A stretch of 58,752 nucleotides of DNA from a virus: positions 1 through 58,752 of the IMG/VR virus record IMGVR_UViG_3300045988_067221. One strand, given 5' to 3'. Positions 53,403 through 58,752 of this stretch are shown one piece after another (position 1 is the first letter of the stretch; every line of letters begins with the position of its first letter). A program made the translations under genes and the position numbers. The notes below the pieces were generated by a model, which was given only the letters and a program-made list of their open reading frames with translations, was not told the origin of the DNA and ran no database searches.

Positions 53403-54029
53403 ATGAAAAAATTTGAACTTACAGCAGAATATGTGACCAATATTTTTGGAAAGAAATTATTTAGAATCAAGGCTCTTGTGGAATTTGGAAATGTGAAAGA
53501 AGGAGACCTCGGAGGATTTGTAGAGAAAGAAAGTAACATTGATGATGACGGCAATGCATGGGTCTCCGGCAATGCACAAGTTTTCGGCAATGCAAAGATC
53601 TCCGGCAATGCACAAGTCTATGGAAATGCAAAGGTTTTCGGGAATGCATGGGTCTTCGGGAATGCATGGATCTCTGGAAATGCACAGGTCTATGGAAATG
53701 CATGTGTCGCTGGAAATGTACAGATATCCGAAAATGCACAGGTATACGGGAATGCATGGATCTCTGGAAATGCACAGGTCTATGGAAATGCATGTGTCGC
53801 CGAAAATCTGGATTATGCAATAGTCGGAGGGTTTGGCAGCGAGCAGCAGACAATTACATTCTTCCGCCAGAAAGACGGATCTGTGGGAGCCAAATGCGGA
53901 TTCTTTTACGGAACACTGGAAGAATTTCGAGAAAAGGTATTGGAAACTCATGGGGAAAGCAAATACGCACAGGAATACCTGATGATCGCAGATCTGATGG
54001 AATTACATTTTGCAGGAGACTCTAAATGA
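53403..54029 (+). CDS. Hexapeptide-repeat (left-handed beta-helix-like) protein
   Basis: Eleven tandem GNAxVx units (GNAQVF GNAKIS GNAQVY ...); ATG at 53403 within ORF 53355-54029. Confidence 0.65.
   Translation: MKKFELTAEYVTNIFGKKLFRIKALVEFGNVKEGDLGGFVEKESNIDDDGNAWVSGNAQVFGNAKISGNAQVYGNAKVFGNAWVFGNAWISGNAQVYGNACVAGNVQISENAQVYGNAWISGNAQVYGNACVAENLDYAIVGGFGSEQQTITFFRQKDGSVGAKCGFFYGTLEEFREKVLETHGESKYAQEYLMIADLMELHFAGDSK
53657..53800 (+). repeat. Two exact 54-bp direct repeats (53657-53710 and 53747-53800) inside the 18-bp periodic array
   Basis: cgggaatgcatggatctctggaaatgcacaggtctatggaaatgcatgtgtcgc occurs twice. Confidence 0.9.
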
Positions 54030-54202
54030 CACAGAAGATGGTGAGAACCAGTAACTCATACTGTCGCCAATGTGCCTATGGGATAGACATGGGCGGAAAA
54101 ACCAGAGTTGACTGCAACTATTATCTGGATACAGGACAGCGGCGGAATTGTGATGTAGGCTGGTGCGACAAGTACCAGCCGAGGAAGAGGAAGAAGAAAT
54201 GA
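54026..54202 (+). CDS. 58-aa Cys-rich basic protein (not in ORF track)
   Basis: MTQKMVRTSNSYCRQCAYG...CNYY....CDVGWCDKYQPRKRKKK. Confidence 0.4.
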   Translation: MTQKMVRTSNSYCRQCAYGIDMGGKTRVDCNYYLDTGQRRNCDVGWCDKYQPRKRKKK

Positions 54203-54471
54203 AAGTAGTAGACAGATTGACCGAATACGTTGATGATCGGCATTTCCGAGTTGTTGGCTCCAAGGTCATCAGATGCCGGAAACCGCGGATCACGCAGGTT
54301 ATTGATACGGCTCTGGCAAAGCTGTTTGAGCTGGAGGAAGCCGGAGCGGACTATAAATTTACATATACCATTTGCGGTGTGTGTGACATGGAATATCGGG
54401 ATCCGGTGAATGCGCCGTTTGCGTATTGCCCGTATTGCGGCAGCAAAAGAGGAGTGAAAAGTCATGGCTAA
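54199..54471 (+). CDS. Small zinc-ribbon protein
   Basis: ATG at 54199 (ATGA overlap) within ORF 54163-54471; CGVC..CPYCG. Confidence 0.5.
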   Translation: MKVVDRLTEYVDDRHFRVVGSKVIRCRKPRITQVIDTALAKLFELEEAGADYKFTYTICGVCDMEYRDPVNAPFAYCPYCGSKRGVKSHG

Positions 54472-54730
54472 AGCAGTATTGGTTATGGATATGCCGGAAA
54501 CATGTTTTGGATGCAATTTTGGCTATTTGGGTTTCGATGAAGAAGATACGTGTCAGGCATACGAAAAAGTAAGGAAAATTGATTCTGATACATATGAAAA
54601 GCCAGATTGGTGCCCTCTTCTGGAACTGCCAAAGCATAGGAATACAACCGGCCCGATGAGTGCCGAGAGACTCTTACTGAATGCAGGATATAATGACTGC
54701 TTGGACGAATTTTTGAAAAGAAAGGAATAA
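54464..54730 (+). CDS. Hypothetical Cys-containing phage protein
   Basis: ORF track; ..MPETCFGCNF....PDWCPL. Confidence 0.5.
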   Translation: MAKAVLVMDMPETCFGCNFGYLGFDEEDTCQAYEKVRKIDSDTYEKPDWCPLLELPKHRNTTGPMSAERLLLNAGYNDCLDEFLKRKE

Positions 54731-54915
54731 CACTTATCCTCGTGAAACGAGGTTGCCACGAATCAGAATCGGGGTTGTAAAAGTTGATAAACGTGAGAAT
54801 GGAACGCTTCGGTTTGCATAGGTATCGCCCTATTTAAGACTAACGGTCAGCAGTAATAACTCCCGGAGCTACAAAACGGATTGTAAATTTGCCGCACGGA
54901 TAAATGTAGTGTGGC

Positions 54916-55809
54916 GTGTTGGAAGATTTCGTTAAAAAATCAATAGACCGAATAAAACTTGCAAGTGAAATTTCGTTGACTCATTATGGAAAACCGCTTG
55001 TTTGCGAGTATTCCGGCGGAAAGGATTCAGATGTATTGTTGTGGGTATTTGAACAAAGCGGCGTTCCGTTTGAGATTCACAATTCGCATACAACGGTGGA
55101 TGCTCCGCCAACGGTCTATCACATAAGAGAAACCTTTAGAAGATTGGAATTAAAAGGCGTAAAATGCACCATTGACTACCATGATAAAGGAAATGGTCAG
55201 CGAGTAACTATGTGGAATCTAATTCCACAAAAATTGATGCCGCCAACAAGAATTGTTCGGTATTGTTGTTCGGAATTGAAAGAGGGCGGAAACGCAAACC
55301 GTATGATAGCAACAGGTATACGGTGGGAAGAAAGCAAGAAGAGGAAAAATAGAAGCACATTTGAAGTTTTGGCAAAAACCGCAGATATGAGCATAGGGGT
55401 ATCTGACGAAAAGATGCTGATTACAGATAATGACGATACCAGAAGGCTATTTGAGAGCTGCCACTTGAAAGCAAAAACCGTTGCGAATCCAATAATTGAT
55501 TGGAAGTTGCAAGATATTTGGAATGTTATTACTGGTGAAAACATTCCGATATGCGAGATGTATTCATGGGGATATGAAAGAATCGGATGTATCGCATGTC
55601 CGCTGGCAAAGAAATGCCAGAGAGAACGTGAGATTTATGATTTCCCGAAATATAGAACGGCATACATAAAAGCGTTTGATCGAATGCTTGAAGAAAGAAG
55701 AAAAAGATGCAAGGAAACAAAATGGTCATGTGGAGAAGAGGTGTATTTGTGGTGGATGCAAAGCAACGATGTGTTAGGTCAAATGACCATTGATGAATTT
55801 TTGAAATAA
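54916..55809 (+). CDS. PAPS-reductase/ATP-pyrophosphatase-fold protein (GTG start)
   Basis: ..LVCEYSGGKDSDVLLW.. PP-loop motif; Cys-rich C-terminus. Confidence 0.7.
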   Translation: MLEDFVKKSIDRIKLASEISLTHYGKPLVCEYSGGKDSDVLLWVFEQSGVPFEIHNSHTTVDAPPTVYHIRETFRRLELKGVKCTIDYHDKGNGQRVTMWNLIPQKLMPPTRIVRYCCSELKEGGNANRMIATGIRWEESKKRKNRSTFEVLAKTADMSIGVSDEKMLITDNDDTRRLFESCHLKAKTVANPIIDWKLQDIWNVITGENIPICEMYSWGYERIGCIACPLAKKCQREREIYDFPKYRTAYIKAFDRMLEERRKRCKETKWSCGEEVYLWWMQSNDVLGQMTIDEFLK

Positions 55810-55865
55810 CAGAAAGGAGCCGAGACTCTGGCCAGAGTGAAGCATATGCGGTCTCCTTTTACGAA

Positions 55866-57239
55866 ATGAAAGATAACATAATAATTGACTGCTTTGCTGG
55901 AGGCGGTGGGGCAAGCGTCGGCATTGAGATGGCACTTGGAAGACAGGTTGACATTGCTGTAAACCATGATCCGCAGGCTATTCGGATGCACAGCGTAAAC
56001 CATCCAGATACACTGCACCTCACTGAGGATATTTTTAAGGTTGACCTGCAAAAGTATGTAGGCAAAAGGCATGTGGCTCTTATGTGGGCATCCCCGGATT
56101 GTACAAGTCACAGCAAAGCCAAAGGTGGGCAGCCAAGAAAGAAGGGACTAAGAATCCTACCGTGGGCGGTGTACAAGCACGCAAAAGTGCTACTGCCAGA
56201 TGTAATCATCATGGAGAACGTGGAAGAGATACAGCAGTGGGGGCCGTTGGATGCAGATGGGCATCCAATACCAGAAAGGCAAGGCGAGGACTACCGTAAG
56301 TTTATAGCAGCAATGATTGCTCTGGGATATGACTTCGATAGCCGGGAACTTGTGGCAGCAGATTACGGAGCACCTACAACCAGGAAAAGATGGTACGCAA
56401 TCTTCCGGCGGGATGGAAGAACGATTTCTTGGCCGGAGCCAACGTACAGCAAAACCGGCGAACAGTTTCCAAAATGGAAAGAGTGCGGAGACTACATAGA
56501 CTGGTCAGACCTTGGAACATCCATATTTGAGCGTAAGAAGCCTCTGGCGGAAGCTACGATGAAGCGGATCGCCAATGGCGTGAAGAAATACATCATTGAT
56601 AATCCGCATCCATATATAGTCCGAGACAAGGACGCGGTTGCTTTTCTGATCCAGTACCACATGGAGACACGGGCAGGAGATTCCAGAGGACAGTTACTGA
56701 CGGAACCGGTCAAGACCATTGATACCAGTAACAGGTATGGTCTGGTAACAGCATTTATCACCAAATACTATAAATCTGGAATCGGACAGGGATGCGACGA
56801 ACCATTGCATACCATTACTACATCACCGGGACATTTTGGACTAGTATCTGCATTCCTAGTCAAATATTACGGGACAGGATGTGGTCAGCCATTAGATAAG
56901 CCACTGGGGACTATTACTACAAAGGACAGATTCGGACTGGTGAATGTACTGATCGAAATTGACGGCGAGAAGTACATCATCAGAGATATTTTCCTGCGGA
57001 TGCTGAACCCGGAAGAATTGAAACTGATGCAGGGATTCCCAGCAGATTACATCATCGACCGGGATGCATGCGGCAAGCGCTATCCGATCTGTGAGCAGAC
57101 GGCGAAGATCGGAAACAGTGTATCACCGGTAATGGCAAAAATGTTGGTAGAGGCGAACTGCCCATATCTGCGAGAGGGTGACCGGATGCCGAACATGAGC
57201 ATAGCAGCAGATCAGACCGGTCAACTCCGGTTTGCATAA
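55866..57239 (+). CDS. DNA (cytosine-5)-methyltransferase
   Basis: ..IIDCFAGGGGASVG.. (motif I), ..WASPDCTSHS.. (PC motif IV), ..IIMENVEEI.. (motif VI), ..KIGNSVSPVM (motif X). Confidence 0.85.
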   Translation: MKDNIIIDCFAGGGGASVGIEMALGRQVDIAVNHDPQAIRMHSVNHPDTLHLTEDIFKVDLQKYVGKRHVALMWASPDCTSHSKAKGGQPRKKGLRILPWAVYKHAKVLLPDVIIMENVEEIQQWGPLDADGHPIPERQGEDYRKFIAAMIALGYDFDSRELVAADYGAPTTRKRWYAIFRRDGRTISWPEPTYSKTGEQFPKWKECGDYIDWSDLGTSIFERKKPLAEATMKRIANGVKKYIIDNPHPYIVRDKDAVAFLIQYHMETRAGDSRGQLLTEPVKTIDTSNRYGLVTAFITKYYKSGIGQGCDEPLHTITTSPGHFGLVSAFLVKYYGTGCGQPLDKPLGTITTKDRFGLVNVLIEIDGEKYIIRDIFLRMLNPEELKLMQGFPADYIIDRDACGKRYPICEQTAKIGNSVSPVMAKMLVEANCPYLREGDRMPNMSIAADQTGQLRFA

Positions 57240-57284
57240 CTCAACTTAACTCGAGTTAACTCAATTAACGAGTTAAATTAACTC
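57236..57284. promoter_or_regulatory. Array of six TTAACTC/GAGTTAA heptamer boxes including the 14-bp palindrome TTAACTCGAGTTAA
   Basis: Boxes at 57237, 57246, 57256 and 57278 (direct) and 57253 and 57270 (inverted); palindrome at 57246-57259. Confidence 0.6.
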
Positions 57285-57308
57285 AACTGATGAATTGGAG
57301 GATGGAAG

Positions 57309-57611
57309 ATGAATTACGAATTAGAGATCTATAAACTTATCATGATCCCAGACGAAGATGATCCTGATATCTCATATGTTGATGAATTTGGATGGATTAG
57401 TAATACAGAATTTTGTGTCTGGATCAACATTACATGGCTTGCAAATTTCATGGAAAGAATCCGAGAAATATTTGGGATAGGTGTATTTGACGAGGGTGGG
57501 ATAGACGCAAAAGTTGGATGCGACTATGTTTTCTTTAATTTGGAAGATATAACCAGCATGTATGACGTAAATCTGGAAGAAGTATTTCCGAAAAGCAAAT
57601 ATAAACATTGA
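57309..57611 (+). CDS. Hypothetical acidic protein
   Basis: ORF track; RBS ggaggatgg. Confidence 0.55.
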   Translation: MNYELEIYKLIMIPDEDDPDISYVDEFGWISNTEFCVWINITWLANFMERIREIFGIGVFDEGGIDAKVGCDYVFFNLEDITSMYDVNLEEVFPKSKYKH

Positions 57612-57671
57612 TGAGGATTGATGCGTTATAGCCTGGATGCCACTGCCGGAGCCGTGGAAAGGAGAAAGAAC

Positions 57672-57935
57672 ATGAATAAAGTGGTTGAGTTTATACCGGA
57701 AGATGACCTCTGCCAGTTTTGCCGAAAAAGAAAAGCAACGTTGCTGTGTGATATGCCGCACAGCACCATTGTTACACATGCAAGAGGGAGCGGATTTGAA
57801 AGTCGTATTATTACTTGTGACAGAAGAATATGTACTGAATGCACAACAAGGGTGAATGGTTTTGATTTTTGCCCAGAATGTATAAAGAAAATAAAAACAG
57901 CACAGAAGGGAGTAAAAGCTGATGGAGAAACTTAA
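57672..57935 (+). CDS. Zinc-finger protein
   Basis: ATG at 57672 after RBS ggaaaggag; CQFC..CTEC..CPEC. Confidence 0.5.
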   Translation: MNKVVEFIPEDDLCQFCRKRKATLLCDMPHSTIVTHARGSGFESRIITCDRRICTECTTRVNGFDFCPECIKKIKTAQKGVKADGET

Positions 57936-58119
57936 ACCGTGCCATCTCTGCGGAAAAACACCAAAAATCGAACATTGGTCAAGTGGAGGAATGATGTATA
58001 TGGTAAAGTGCAACAATCCTGATTGTCCTGTGCCGGTAGTGTCTTATCCGGCAGGACATAACCTGAGTGAGGTAATTTCCGAATGGAACAGGAGGGCGAA
58101 CAATGGGAAGACTGATTGA
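57922..58119 (+). CDS. Lar-family restriction-alleviation-like protein
   Basis: LKPCHLCGKTP......VKCNNPDCPV........EVISEWNRR. Confidence 0.55.
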   Translation: MEKLKPCHLCGKTPKIEHWSSGGMMYMVKCNNPDCPVPVVSYPAGHNLSEVISEWNRRANNGKTD

Positions 58120-58381
58120 TGCTGGGCTGTTTTTGGACAACCTAAGCGGAAGGCTTGAAAGCATGAAAGACTATGATGCAGTAAAAGATGTGATTAACAA
58201 TATGCCGACCGCCTACGATGTGGACAAGGTTGTGGAGCAGTTGGAAGAAGGAAAGAAGAGAGCATCAGAACTATGTTTGTCAATTAATGACTGTGCGCAA
58301 AGACTGAAATACATTGAAAAAGAACAGACTATAGCTTTAGCAATCGAAATTGTGAAAGGCGGTGGTGTAGATGGCAATTAA
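58103..58381 (+). CDS. Hypothetical coiled protein
   Basis: ORF track. Confidence 0.5.
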   Translation: MGRLIDAGLFLDNLSGRLESMKDYDAVKDVINNMPTAYDVDKVVEQLEEGKKRASELCLSINDCAQRLKYIEKEQTIALAIEIVKGGGVDGN

Positions 58382-58752
58382 ACCTATTTTATTCAATACC
58401 GAGATGGTGAGAGCAATTCTGGATGGACGCAAGACCTGTACCAGAAGGATTGTTAAACACGATGTTGAAGTGATTCTGAATAGTCCATATTACAAAAAAC
58501 ATCCAGAGGTGGCGGATAAGCAGATTATAAGCAAGTTATGTATGCCGCCATATCAGCCGGGCGATATTTTGTATGTCCGGGAAACATGGTGCAAATATGA
58601 TGACGATCACATTATTGACGGGAGGAAATATGCATATAAAGCAGATGCATCTCCCATAAGTGAAGAAGCGCGAAAAAAGTTTGGATACAGATGGCGCCCA
58701 TCCATCCACATGCCGAAAGAAGCCGCACGTATCTGGCTTAAGGTTACGGATG
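58371..58752 (+). CDS. 5' part of the junction-spanning ASCH-like ORF (continues at nt 55 of the window)
   Basis: ATG at 58371; open to the window end; in frame with 1-377 through the 54-nt overlap. Confidence 0.6.
   Translation, partial: MAIKPILFNTEMVRAILDGRKTCTRRIVKHDVEVILNSPYYKKHPEVADKQIISKLCMPPYQPGDILYVRETWCKYDDDHIIDGRKYAYKADASPISEEARKKFGYRWRPSIHMPKEAARIWLKVTD
58699..58752. repeat. Terminal direct repeat copy 2
   Basis: Identical to nt 1-54. Confidence 0.95.

Noticed and set aside
53457-54025. ORFs 53457-53951 (-), 53467-53853 (-), 53539-53823 (+) and 53558-54025 (+)
   Set aside because: They are alternative-frame read-outs of the 18-bp periodic repeat (His/Cys/Met-rich nonsense). Only the GNAxVx frame with an RBS is credible.
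54731-54915. The 185-nt gap before the PAPS-reductase-like gene as a riboswitch
   Set aside because: Only small generic hairpins are present and there is no terminator or RBS-sequestering structure I could draw. It is mentioned under the modification-pair finding only.
1-58752. Searches by eye for a CRISPR array, a reverse transcriptase/DGR (as an alternative fibre diversifier), a serine invertase, transposases and rRNA
   Set aside because: No regularly spaced repeat-spacer array was found. No YxDD-type RT-like ORF was found. No ~190-aa resolvase-like ORF (N-terminal ..RVS..) was found. No IS-like termini were found.

Overview
The window is one complete, circularly closed genome. The first 54 nt are identical to the last 54 nt, giving a unique length of 58,698 bp. 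It is a temperate dsDNA phage with a long non-contractile tail (tape measure, G/GT chaperone, no sheath). The host is probably a Gram-positive Firmicutes/Clostridia bacterium. That is an inference from the gene families, a U1-A72 tRNA-Gln, a SPOR-type amidase and spore-coat-like cargo.

Genome layout:
- 43.8 kb -> junction -> 5.7 kb (+): early genes. These include an antirepressor, an SLT transglycosylase, an SMC-like ATPase, a RecT-like protein, a broken MBL nuclease, SSB, a PAPS-reductase-like protein, a C5-methyltransferase, a Lar-like protein, two homing-endonuclease-like genes and DnaD/G39P-like replication proteins.
- 5.3-7.15 kb: xis-int and a candidate attP.
- 7.2-10.5 kb: a GC-richer cargo island of low-complexity, spore-coat-like proteins.
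- 10.5-11.1 kb: an ORF-free GC-rich structured segment.
- 11.1-13.7 kb: small genes and two paralogous RHH regulators, each with its own iterated operator.
- 14.1-34.5 kb (+): late operon (terS, MazG, DUF3310, an RNA island with 4 canonical tRNAs and 3 tRNA-like elements, terL, portal, capsid, holin, tail, amidase, TMP).
- 34.5-35.2 kb: a self-contained moron.
- 39.2-35.5 kb (-): the distal-tail and fibre genes.
- 43.8-39.3 kb (-): regulators (two HTH repressors, Rha, a Rep-like protein).

Most notable observations:
1. A Mu G-segment-like 549-bp inverton swaps the C-terminal cassette of the tail-fibre tip gene. No invertase lies beside it.
2. Two homologous promoter-proximal leader elements each end in a strong terminator. 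One heads the plus-strand late operon. The other heads the minus-strand Rha-to-tail-tip gene string.
3. The 1.5-kb RNA island contains unexplained structured spacers and a tRNA-Leu-like gene with a ~100-nt insert.
4. The cargo island next to attP is compositionally foreign.

All family assignments come from reading the translated ORFs by eye. No searches were run.
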